From assembly GCA_035389585.1 (NCBI GenBank), contig DAOOSC010000001.1, positions 6,290-70,289 of the forward strand: a stretch of DNA of 64,000 bases, given 5' to 3'. Shown here one piece after another: positions 55,293 to 64,000 of this stretch. This stretch comes from Candidatus Magasanikiibacteriota bacterium. GTDB taxonomy: Bacteria > Patescibacteriota > Patescibacteriia > Magasanikbacterales > UBA922. The translations under genes and the position numbers were made by a program. Numbering within the stretch: the first letter of the stretch is position 1; the number at the start of each line of letters is the position of its first letter. Below the pieces are notes generated by a model. It saw only the letters and a list, made by a program, of their open reading frames with translations, did not search any database and was not told where the DNA came from.

Positions 55293-57563
55293 ATGAATAA
55301 ATCTTCCAATTTGGCCAAACTCGGCTTAAATATATTTTTTTTAGCATCACTTTTGGCGATACCACTCTCTCCTGTTTTCGCTTTTGACCCTACTCACATA
55401 CTGTCCGACGAAGAAATGCAAAATTGGCAATGCATGTCGAAATCCGACGTACAGAATTTTTTGGATTTTCAAGGTGGGAAGATTGCTTCGATGAAGATCG
55501 ATGATGGGGCCGGCAAAAAAAGGCCGATTTCAAGTATTATTTATGACACGGCGAAGAAATATCAAATCAATCCGAAATACATTCTCGTCACTCTCCAGAA
55601 AGAACAAAGTCTCCTCACCGCCAAAAATCCGACACAGAAACAGTTAGATTGGGCGGCCGGTTATGCGATTTGTGATAGTTGTAGTATGGACGATCCAGCT
55701 CTGCAGTCCCACAAAGGGCTATTCAACCAAATTGACAGCGCCGCCGGCCTCATGCGTTGGTATTATGACAATGTCACTACAAAACCTTGGATCAAGCGTC
55801 CACAGTTCGAATATACTATCGATAGCACTTTGGTTAGGCCGAAATCATACGCGACCGCTTTCCTATACACCTACACGCCACATATTCAGGGCAATCAAAA
55901 CTTTTGGACTCTGTGGCAGAAATGGTTCGAACAGACTTATCCGGGTGGAACATTACTCCGGAGTACCGCGAGTGATGTTGTTTATTTAATTCAAAACGGC
56001 AAAAAACGCCCCATCACTACTCCAGGTGTGCTTTCTTCGCGTTTCGATCCGAAGTCGGTAATTATCGTGGCAGAATCAGAATTGGGGAGGTATGATGTAG
56101 GGCCAGAAGTGAAATTCCCCAATTATTCTATTTTGAAAAATGGTGAGCAATATTATTTGTTGGATTATGATAATTTGCGTCCGTTCGCGAATGCGGAAGT
56201 GGTGCGCCAAATTGGCTATAACCCAGAAGAAATTATCGAAGTGGCTCCCGCTGATATTCGTGGATATGAGATTGGTGAGACGATAAATTTGGAAACCACC
56301 GATCCGACGGGGCGAATGGTTAAATTTGCCAGTGGAAAAATTTATTTGGTGAAAAACGGCACACTCTTCCCTGTACCACATTCCATAATTGCTACCAAAA
56401 GTTTTCCAGATTTGAAAATTGAAAAAGCCAACCAAGCTGATTTCGTCAGCTATCCCATCGGCGATGAAGTACTTCTGCCTGATGGTACACTATTCTCTCT
56501 CCGGGGGGACAAAAATGTCTATGTGGTGGATAATGGCGCGAAACGTTTGATTCCAGATGAGATGACATTCAAAAATCTCGGTTATAAATTTTCGAGTGTG
56601 ATCACTGTGCCGGCTGTGGTCGCTAATATGCACCGAAAGGGTTTACCGATGTCAGCCGCTCGCCTCGCAATGGTTTCGAAGTCAGCTGGTTCTGTGGAAG
56701 TGGGATTGGCCGCAGAAAAAAGTAATGTGACTACTCTGAAAATTGAAGAAGGGAAAATGGCATCAGTGCCAAAAAATAAAATTGTTTATGAAGGAGAAAA
56801 GAAAGTCACCTTGAAGACTGATACTTATTTGGTGGCGGATTATTCCACAGGTGCAATTCTCGCGGCGAAAAATATCGATGTCGTTCGTCCACTAGCTTCT
56901 CTCACCAAAATAATGGCAGCGAAAGTAATGTTCGATAACGCTCTGGATTTGGATGGGGTGACAACTTATGATGTGGGGAAAATGAGATCTGCTCACAAAG
57001 ATTTGCGTATTGTCGCGGGTGAAAAAATTGTCAACAAAGATTTGATGGATTCATTTCTGGTCTCGTCTCTGAATAGTGCTGGTCCGATGCTGGTTTCGTC
57101 TGTCAGCGAAAACGAGAAAATGTTTGTTCAAAAAATGAACGATGCGGCTATGAATCTGGGCCTCTCTAATACTAAATTTACCGATTCTTATGGGTATGAT
57201 CTTGGAAATTTGGCAACGGCGCGTGAATATTTACCGATTTTTTTGGCTGGTGTGAATGAACAGAAAATTTTTGAATATTTGAGCAAAACGGATTATTCAT
57301 TTGAAGAATTGCTTGATTTAGACGGTAGCCCAACACATTTTGACGATAATACAAACCTGTTGCTCAAAAAAAGTAATTTACCATATAAAATCTTGGCCAG
57401 TAAGACCGGCTATCTAAATGAGTCGGGAGCAAATTTGGCGATGCTCATTGAGAGACCAAAAGATGGCAAAAGGTTCGTCTTGATCACAATGGGTAATCCA
57501 GATTACAAAAACCGCTTTAACGATCCGGATTTATTGGCCCGCTTTACAATTGCCAATTTTTGA
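55293..57563 (+). CDS. Multidomain exported protein ending in a D-Ala-D-Ala carboxypeptidase (peptidase S11) domain
   Basis: Signal peptide; INPKYILVTLQKEQ..LYTYTPH domain; about 4 VY.I..G.KR repeats; SLTK, SLN, KTG motifs. Confidence 0.85.
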   Translation: MNKSSNLAKLGLNIFFLASLLAIPLSPVFAFDPTHILSDEEMQNWQCMSKSDVQNFLDFQGGKIASMKIDDGAGKKRPISSIIYDTAKKYQINPKYILVTLQKEQSLLTAKNPTQKQLDWAAGYAICDSCSMDDPALQSHKGLFNQIDSAAGLMRWYYDNVTTKPWIKRPQFEYTIDSTLVRPKSYATAFLYTYTPHIQGNQNFWTLWQKWFEQTYPGGTLLRSTASDVVYLIQNGKKRPITTPGVLSSRFDPKSVIIVAESELGRYDVGPEVKFPNYSILKNGEQYYLLDYDNLRPFANAEVVRQIGYNPEEIIEVAPADIRGYEIGETINLETTDPTGRMVKFASGKIYLVKNGTLFPVPHSIIATKSFPDLKIEKANQADFVSYPIGDEVLLPDGTLFSLRGDKNVYVVDNGAKRLIPDEMTFKNLGYKFSSVITVPAVVANMHRKGLPMSAARLAMVSKSAGSVEVGLAAEKSNVTTLKIEEGKMASVPKNKIVYEGEKKVTLKTDTYLVADYSTGAILAAKNIDVVRPLASLTKIMAAKVMFDNALDLDGVTTYDVGKMRSAHKDLRIVAGEKIVNKDLMDSFLVSSLNSAGPMLVSSVSENEKMFVQKMNDAAMNLGLSNTKFTDSYGYDLGNLATAREYLPIFLAGVNEQKIFEYLSKTDYSFEELLDLDGSPTHFDDNTNLLLKKSNLPYKILASKTGYLNESGANLAMLIERPKDGKRFVLITMGNPDYKNRFNDPDLLARFTIANF

Positions 57564-57596
57564 GGCAAAATACCTATATAACTAATTGTTAATTGT

Positions 57597-58391
57597 ATGT
57601 CTCTAGCCTTCGCCGCCATTACTCCTCACCCACCGATTTGTCTGCCCAGTATCGGTGGAAACGACCTAGTAAAAGTTCAAGCGACTCGGACCGCTCTCGC
57701 CCGTCTCGAGCAGGATCTCTACATTGAGAAGCCTGATATTATTGTGGTAATTTCACCACATGGAGGGATATTTCGTGATGTTTTTACTTTGAATGGTTAT
57801 ACTGAATTTACCGCAGATTTTACGGAATTTGGCGACATGGTGACGACCCACAAATGGGCGGGGGCGACAAATTTTGCTTCAATTTTTTATAATCATAATA
57901 GTGCTAAAGAAGTACCCATGCAACTTATTGCCGATCCAAAACTTGATCATGGGGCCGCTATTCCACTCATGTTTCTGACAGATCATTTGCAGGCAGTGAA
58001 GATCTTGCCGGTTGGGTATAGTGAATTGTCACCACTTGCCCATCTCGCTTTTGGGGAAGCCCTGAAAGATATGATCATGGAGAGTGACGCACGAGTGGCT
58101 GTGATTGCCTCTGGCGATTTATCTCATGCGCTCACGAGCGATTCACCGGCTGGTTTCAATGCGGCTGGAGCGGAATTTGACCAGCAGTTAATTAAAATGC
58201 TTGAGACGAGAAATACGGTTGGAATTGCACAGATGAACCAAGAACTGGTGAAAAATGCGGCGGAGTGTGGCTATCGTTCCATTTTGATACTTTTGGGCGT
58301 TTTGAAGAATATGAATTATTCGTTTGAGAATTATGCTTACGAGGCGCCATTTGGTGTGGGGTATTTGACAGGAAATTTTGTTTTAAATTGA
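57597..58391 (+). CDS. LigB/MEMO-like protein (AmmeMemoRadiSam protein B family)
   Basis: PHPP, ISPH, LDHG, ASGDLSH, ECG, YEAPFGVGY. Confidence 0.88.
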   Translation: MSLAFAAITPHPPICLPSIGGNDLVKVQATRTALARLEQDLYIEKPDIIVVISPHGGIFRDVFTLNGYTEFTADFTEFGDMVTTHKWAGATNFASIFYNHNSAKEVPMQLIADPKLDHGAAIPLMFLTDHLQAVKILPVGYSELSPLAHLAFGEALKDMIMESDARVAVIASGDLSHALTSDSPAGFNAAGAEFDQQLIKMLETRNTVGIAQMNQELVKNAAECGYRSILILLGVLKNMNYSFENYAYEAPFGVGYLTGNFVLN

Positions 58392-60313
58392 AAACCATTG
58401 TGATCGCAGAAGTCACCCTGCTTCGGCGCATGGTGCGGCGTCTTGATTTTTTTGATTACGCTGTGCCGGCAGAAATGGAGTCGGGAATTCAGGTGGGAGT
58501 AGTAGTGAAAGTGCCTTTTCGCAAAAGCATTGAGTTTGGTATTATTAAAGGAGTTTCCACTGAACCTGCCCGTCCAAATTTGAAACCAATTGGAGAAATA
58601 CTTGGTCCTCAACCGATTTTTGAGAAGGATCAATTAGAGGTTATGATTGGTTTGGCTCATTTCTATGGAGTCTCTTTATCAAACATTTTGAACCTCGCTC
58701 TCCCTACCCTCGGGATCAGGCGTCTCACAGCGCTCACGCGTCGCCAGAAAGTGGTGGTAGAAAAAAATAATTTAGAAAAAGAATTCGAAGCTCCTTTGGA
58801 ATATTTTTTATATAAAAATGAAAAAGAGCGATTGAATTATTTTGTTGACAAGTGCGGATCATGTCGAAAGGCTATTATTCTCCTGCCACAAGTCGTTGGA
58901 GTTAACCCCCTCGTCGAGGAATTGACTGAAAAACTATCACACCACACCATCATCCCCTATCACTCCGATTTGACCGAAAAACAGCGGGCGGAAAACTATT
59001 TTTCATTTCTCGAAAATCCCAAAGCTGTGCTCGTGGGCACGAGGATTGCGGCATTCGCGCCACTGATTGGAGCGGATCGTATTTTCATCGATCGCGAGCA
59101 GGACGATGATCACAAAAGTTGGGACGCGGCACCACGATTTGACGCGCGTTTCGTGATGCGAATTTTCGCTTTGCGCAGTCATGTTCCACTCTCATTCATG
59201 AGTTTTTCCCCTTCAGCGGATTCATATTTCCGTGTTCACAAAGGATTTGTCTCAGGTTCAATCGAACCGTCGCCGATCAACCGGGCTACTTGTGTTGATA
59301 TTTCATCAGAAAGTCGTTTTGGAAATTTGGATCTACTTTCGACCAACACTTTCACCCGCATGCAAAAATGTTTGGAAAAAAACACCGATGTTTTGGTTTT
59401 TGTTAATCAAAAAGGTGTAGCGAGTGGTATGTATTGTCGTAATTGTGGCCACGATCTGATTTGTCCGAAATGTAAAATAAATTATGCGGTCGGGCGTGAG
59501 AACAACCTCAACTACTTGGCATGCCGACGCTGTCTCGGTCATGAGAAAATGCCGAGCACTTGCCCGAACTGTCATTCTGACAAATTAAGTACACGCGGTG
59601 CGGGGGTAGATAAAATTGGTGAAGCAGTAATTAATTGGGTGGAGAAAAAACAATTGAAAAACAAAGTGGAAATTATTTCGGCGGATGATGGTGTGAACAA
59701 AAATAAAAAGAACGAAAAGAGTTTTGATGATTCAGTGGCGCGAATTTTTGTTGGCACAGAAGCAATGTTATCACGCCCAATTTGGGGCAAAGCTGGTCTC
59801 GCGGTAATTTCCAGTTTTGATCGAATGCGTAATTCCCCAGACTATCTCGCCGATGAGAGGGCTTGGCAATTGATTACTCATGCTCATTATCTACTGCCCG
59901 AGACAGGCGAGGTCATCATTGAAGCGCGTGAACCAAAACACTATATTTTGCGCTCTCTCATCGAGCCGCATCGTTTCTACCGCTTGAACCTCAACATGCG
60001 CCAAACCGCTACTTTCCCTCCCTATACTCTCCTCGTCAAATATATGGTCGGAAACAGCGACCCACTGAAGGCCGAGAAATCTGCCAAACAAGCCGTGGTT
60101 GAGCTGAAATTGGCATTGACAAAAAACAATGTTTCTGCTAGTATTTCAGGTCCGACCGAGTCTATACCGAAGGTTCGAAATGGCCAGTATTATTACGTAA
60201 TTTTAGCCAAATTTAAGCCAGACATCGCTTTTGATGCGGTGGCCGCGATTCATCGTGCTCTCGACCCCGAGATCAAAATTGACCCAAATCCGATGAGTCT
60301 GTATAATCCTTAG
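58388..60313 (+). CDS. priA: Primosomal protein N' (PriA) with degenerate helicase motifs
   Basis: FDY.VP..G..V.VPF 3'-binding domain, YHS.L, VGTR, four CxxC pairs, FPPY; Walker A absent. Confidence 0.85.
   Translation: MKTIVIAEVTLLRRMVRRLDFFDYAVPAEMESGIQVGVVVKVPFRKSIEFGIIKGVSTEPARPNLKPIGEILGPQPIFEKDQLEVMIGLAHFYGVSLSNILNLALPTLGIRRLTALTRRQKVVVEKNNLEKEFEAPLEYFLYKNEKERLNYFVDKCGSCRKAIILLPQVVGVNPLVEELTEKLSHHTIIPYHSDLTEKQRAENYFSFLENPKAVLVGTRIAAFAPLIGADRIFIDREQDDDHKSWDAAPRFDARFVMRIFALRSHVPLSFMSFSPSADSYFRVHKGFVSGSIEPSPINRATCVDISSESRFGNLDLLSTNTFTRMQKCLEKNTDVLVFVNQKGVASGMYCRNCGHDLICPKCKINYAVGRENNLNYLACRRCLGHEKMPSTCPNCHSDKLSTRGAGVDKIGEAVINWVEKKQLKNKVEIISADDGVNKNKKNEKSFDDSVARIFVGTEAMLSRPIWGKAGLAVISSFDRMRNSPDYLADERAWQLITHAHYLLPETGEVIIEAREPKHYILRSLIEPHRFYRLNLNMRQTATFPPYTLLVKYMVGNSDPLKAEKSAKQAVVELKLALTKNNVSASISGPTESIPKVRNGQYYYVILAKFKPDIAFDAVAAIHRALDPEIKIDPNPMSLYNP
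60116..60144 (+). promoter_or_regulatory. Internal promoter inside priA, probably for def-fmt
   Basis: TTGACA-17bp-TAGTAT with TG extended -10. Confidence 0.5.
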
Positions 60314-60320
60314 TATAAAT

Positions 60321-60812
60321 ATGTTAAAAATAGTCACTCTCCCCGATCCTCGATTGCGCACCAAATCAGTGCCTCTCGACCCGGAGAAATTAAAAACCGA
60401 CGAATACAAAAAAATCATTGCCGAAATGACTGATTTGATGTACAAGTCAGATGGTGTGGGCATTGCTGCGCCACAAATTGGTATCAACAAAAGATTTTGC
60501 ATCATTGGTAAATTAGGCATTGAAAAAGATAAAAAATCTGGAGTGAAGGTCGCTGATCTCGTCCTCATCAATCCGACCTGGACCAAAATTTCCCGAAAGA
60601 AAAATTCTGAAGTAGAAGGTTGCTTATCGGTGCCACACACTTTCGGTACAGTTAGCCGATTGTCGGAAATCCGCGTCCACGCGTTCGATTTGGATGGCCG
60701 ACCGCTTGAATTTATCGCTCATGGATATTTCGCGCGCGTCATCCAACACGAAGTTGACCATTTGGACGGAATTTTATTTATTGATCGGGCGACGGGTGTG
60801 TATAATGATTAA
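60321..60812 (+). CDS. def: Peptide deformylase
   Basis: GVGIAAPQIG, EGCLS, QHEVDHLDG. Confidence 0.97.
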   Translation: MLKIVTLPDPRLRTKSVPLDPEKLKTDEYKKIIAEMTDLMYKSDGVGIAAPQIGINKRFCIIGKLGIEKDKKSGVKVADLVLINPTWTKISRKKNSEVEGCLSVPHTFGTVSRLSEIRVHAFDLDGRPLEFIAHGYFARVIQHEVDHLDGILFIDRATGVYND

Positions 60813-60814
60813 TT

Positions 60815-61744
60815 ATGAACAAAACCCCCATAATATTTTTTGGTTCACATAATTTCGCTGCGCGGATTTTGCAAACTCTGATTGATTCAGATAATTTTGA
60901 AATAAAACTCGTCATCACCCAGCCTGACCGACCAGTCGGACGAAAAAAAATACTCGAATCAACTCCCGTGAAAGTTTTGGCAAATGCTAATTTTCTGCAA
61001 GTGATCGATCCCGAGAGTCTGCGTAAAACAAAAATTGAATTGCCTGATGCTGAAGTCGCGATTTGTGCTCAATACGGTCTCATCATTCCTCAATATGTCC
61101 TCGATGCGCCACAGCGCGGGATTATAAATGTCCACACTTCCCTATTACCGAAATATCGTGGCGCCTCACCTATTCAGAGCGCTCTCATGAACGGTGAAAC
61201 GCAAACTGGCGTCACAATCATGCTCATGAACGCCGGACTCGATACAGGGCCGATTTTGAAACAAAAGACCGTTGCAATTGAACCGAACGACACATACCTC
61301 ACACTCGAGAAGAAATTAGTTGAAGCAGGATCGAAATTAATTATCCCGACGACTTTGGAATACCTCGCGGACACAATCAAGCCAATCCCTCAAAGTGACA
61401 CTGAAATGACAACATGTCGTGAACTGACCCGCGATGATGGGCGAATTAATTGGCAGACCATGAGGGCTACCCAAATATTCAATCTCTGGCGCGGTCTAAC
61501 ACCATGGCCGGGTGTTTGGACAACTTGGCAGGGAAAGCGCCTGAAACTGCTTGAAATTGCGCCTACAACACATGCAGGTATAATTGCTGGACAGATCCTC
61601 ATCGAAAATGACCGAGTTTTCGTAGGTGCGATGAACGAATCCTGTATTGAACTCCAAACAATTCAACTCGAAGGAAAAAATGCCACTTCTGCTCGTGATT
61701 TTATTCGCGGTGCAAGAGATTTTAATGGCTCTAAACTCAAATAA
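60815..61744 (+). CDS. fmt: Methionyl-tRNA formyltransferase
   Basis: TQPDRPVGR, NVHTSLLPKYRGASPI, LDTG. Confidence 0.97.
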   Translation: MNKTPIIFFGSHNFAARILQTLIDSDNFEIKLVITQPDRPVGRKKILESTPVKVLANANFLQVIDPESLRKTKIELPDAEVAICAQYGLIIPQYVLDAPQRGIINVHTSLLPKYRGASPIQSALMNGETQTGVTIMLMNAGLDTGPILKQKTVAIEPNDTYLTLEKKLVEAGSKLIIPTTLEYLADTIKPIPQSDTEMTTCRELTRDDGRINWQTMRATQIFNLWRGLTPWPGVWTTWQGKRLKLLEIAPTTHAGIIAGQILIENDRVFVGAMNESCIELQTIQLEGKNATSARDFIRGARDFNGSKLK

Positions 61745-61747
61745 TTT

Positions 61748-63220
61748 ATGCATCGCAAACTTGGGCCGGCCATTATCACTTTTGTTGCCGTTTATATTTT
61801 GGCACGCGTTTTATCATACCTCACCTACGGATCCATCGTACTGACAAGTATTATTTCGGCTGTCGTTGCGATTTACTTTGTTTACATATATTTCCGCGAA
61901 CCCCGTCTCGTCCTGCCTTTTATTATTGGCGAGTGGCTACTTGGTGGCAATGGCGGTCTCTTCCAATTCTTCGGACTCTCTCTACGCACCCTACTCATCG
62001 TCATGTTTATTTTTCTCTGGCTTATCGATTTCACGAATCAACGCAAATTTTGGAGTTCAATTTTACCTCAGCCTTGGCTCAACCGAATTCTCGCAACACT
62101 CGGTATATTTATTATTTTTAGTACAGTACGCGGACTGTTTTTGGGAAATTCCCCGGTCGACGTCATGCACGACCTCATTCCGTTCACATACTTGATAGTA
62201 CTATTTCCTCTGATATATTTTTGGCACGAATTCGAAAGCGAACAAGCATTCGGCTATATTGTCGCCCTCGTCTATGCCTACATTGTCGGTACCGCTCTCA
62301 CTTCCCTTTTCACACTATTTGCTTTCTCTTACGGCGGTGCGCTGATTCATGGGGACTATTACTTATGGTTCAGAAATATTTTGGCAGGAAAAGTCACCGC
62401 TCTCTCGAATGGTTTCTATCGTGTCATCGAACCAGCTCAGATGTGGCTCGTCCCGATTGTCGCCGTTCTCGTCGCCCTCGTCGGCAAAAACAGGTCGAAA
62501 TTTTCCACCTGGTTTGTATTAATGATGGCATTTATTCCCCTCGCAATTAATTTATCCCGCACATACTACATTGCGATATTTTTTGCTACTCTCACCCTAA
62601 TCATATTTAGCGGTGAATGGAAAAAATGTTTTGTCGGTGCACTGAAGAGCGCTGTCTTGTTTCTCGTTGTTCTGTTTGTCATTGCGATTTCGGCGACTGG
62701 TGCACGATCATTCGGAGTTGATTTACTACTCTCTCGCGTCGCTGGTGATGCTGATGGTGGTTCAGCAGAATTGTCCGTACTTTCACGTGAATTGCGCCTG
62801 CCGATTATATTTGAAAAAATTTCACTCCACCCAATTGCTGGTAACGGCATCGGCTCTCGTCTCGATGTTTACGATCCAGTCACTGAGACAAATGTTTCCA
62901 CATCCCAATATGATTGGGGTTATCTCGAAATGATTTCCGAATTAGGGATAATCGGGACAATCCTGCTTTGTGGTTTGTGGTTTTATACCGCCATCCGCTC
63001 TGCTTCACAAGCCCGAAAAGAAAATCACCCATCCGAAAGAATTTTCAAATGGGGTATTTTTGCTGGTGTAATTGGATTGTGTATTGCTAATATCTTCGCA
63101 CCGATCATGTATCACGCCATGGGAATAATTTTCTTGATTGTCGTTCTGATTCTCATTTCCGAAAAACTTTCTCTCATTCGTCGCATTGGAGTTTCTTTCG
63201 AAGCCCTAGCGCAAGACTAA
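61748..63220 (+). CDS. O-antigen ligase/Wzy-like membrane protein
   Basis: Polytopic; SR motif, P..G.G.G loop, YLE...ELGIIG. Confidence 0.8.
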   Translation: MHRKLGPAIITFVAVYILARVLSYLTYGSIVLTSIISAVVAIYFVYIYFREPRLVLPFIIGEWLLGGNGGLFQFFGLSLRTLLIVMFIFLWLIDFTNQRKFWSSILPQPWLNRILATLGIFIIFSTVRGLFLGNSPVDVMHDLIPFTYLIVLFPLIYFWHEFESEQAFGYIVALVYAYIVGTALTSLFTLFAFSYGGALIHGDYYLWFRNILAGKVTALSNGFYRVIEPAQMWLVPIVAVLVALVGKNRSKFSTWFVLMMAFIPLAINLSRTYYIAIFFATLTLIIFSGEWKKCFVGALKSAVLFLVVLFVIAISATGARSFGVDLLLSRVAGDADGGSAELSVLSRELRLPIIFEKISLHPIAGNGIGSRLDVYDPVTETNVSTSQYDWGYLEMISELGIIGTILLCGLWFYTAIRSASQARKENHPSERIFKWGIFAGVIGLCIANIFAPIMYHAMGIIFLIVVLILISEKLSLIRRIGVSFEALAQD

Positions 63221-63925
63221 TCCGTGTTTTTTGGCGATCACACGACGCGCTTCCTCGTACTTCTTCACACGCTCACGCCACATCGGTAAAAATTTGAACG
63301 GCCACTTGTATGAAAAACTCGGCATCCAGCGACTAATCACGCCGGTATCTTCGAGTGCATAGAGAACTTCGGGGACATGAACGCCGACCGCGCCTTTCTC
63401 TGTGAACATGAGCCAGAGATCCCAATCTTGAAACTTTTTGATTGTCGTATCCCAGCGTATTTCGAGACGAAGCAGTGATTCACGACGAATAAGTGCCGAA
63501 GAATGGATATAGTTTCGTTCGCGCAATGCTTGTGCATCGAACTTTCGTGCCTGCATCAGGTGTTTTCCGAATTTGTAATCTGGATAGGCAAAATCGGCAT
63601 TGCTTTTTTCGATTGCCTGAATGAGACGTTCGATCATCGTTGGTTCGGCCATGAGATCCGCATCCCAAAATATTACATATTTTCCAGTACTTCGATCAAA
63701 CCCTCGATTACGCGCCACAGGACCACCCGCATGCACTTGTTTTTCATAATTGATATTCAGTTGTCCCCTGAATTCAGTTACTACTCCGGCGACATCTTCC
63801 GGACAATCATCGCTCACTACAAATACTTCCAGATCTTTCATTGTTTGAGCGAGCAGTGTTCGCAGACTTTTTCGTAAAACATCGGCACGGTCTCGGACAG
63901 GAATGATAATACTAACTAAAGGCAT
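63206..63925 (-). CDS. Glycosyltransferase family 2
   Basis: VSIIIP, ARNRG, DAD, QDWDLWL. Confidence 0.92.
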   Translation of the reverse strand: MPLVSIIIPVRDRADVLRKSLRTLLAQTMKDLEVFVVSDDCPEDVAGVVTEFRGQLNINYEKQVHAGGPVARNRGFDRSTGKYVIFWDADLMAEPTMIERLIQAIEKSNADFAYPDYKFGKHLMQARKFDAQALRERNYIHSSALIRRESLLRLEIRWDTTIKKFQDWDLWLMFTEKGAVGVHVPEVLYALEDTGVISRWMPSFSYKWPFKFLPMWRERVKKYEEARRVIAKKHGLVLR

Positions 63926-64000
63926 ACTAGGAAAGATATTTTATGATTTTTTTGAGTTGAACTTGCCAATTAAATTCCTTGAATAATCTTTCGCGAGCAT

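Overview
This is core chromosome of a reduced-genome bacterium, most likely CPR/Patescibacteria (Parcubacteria/ABY1-like). That call is an inference from gene content and the mostly Shine-Dalgarno-less core genes; the genetic code is standard code 11. The window holds replication/repair genes (dnaB, ybaB, recR, a UvrD-PD-(D/E)XK fusion, a DciA-like gene, priA), translation genes (rplU, proS, lysS, serS, gltX, def, fmt), greA, clpB with a CIRCE-like operator, cell-wall and shape genes (murA, murF-like, mreBCD-mrdA, ftsQ-like, several peptidoglycan hydrolases) and surface-glycan genes (rfbB, fdtA-like, rfbD, GT2/GT4, WecB/TagA, O-antigen ligase, two putative GT-C membrane proteins). I found no rRNA, tRNA, CRISPR array, transposase, integrase or reverse transcriptase. 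The most interesting signals are non-coding. (1) A complete-looking ribosome-mediated attenuator (promoter, Lys-rich 18-aa leader peptide, mutually exclusive antiterminator and terminator) lies ahead of a beta-lysine-acetyltransferase-like GNAT gene. (2) A 500-bp intergenic region at 47.3-47.8 kb contains an 11-6-11 dif-like site, a second degenerate site, a heptamer-repeat hairpin and convergent G-rich motifs, near an apparent GC-skew reversal (candidate replication terminus). (3) Two long structured RNA leaders or ncRNAs occur at 18.8 and 54.7 kb. (4) Several stand-alone gene cassettes carry their own promoter and strong SD (sometimes sequestered), most with their own terminator. All structure and homology calls were made by eye; no searches were run.
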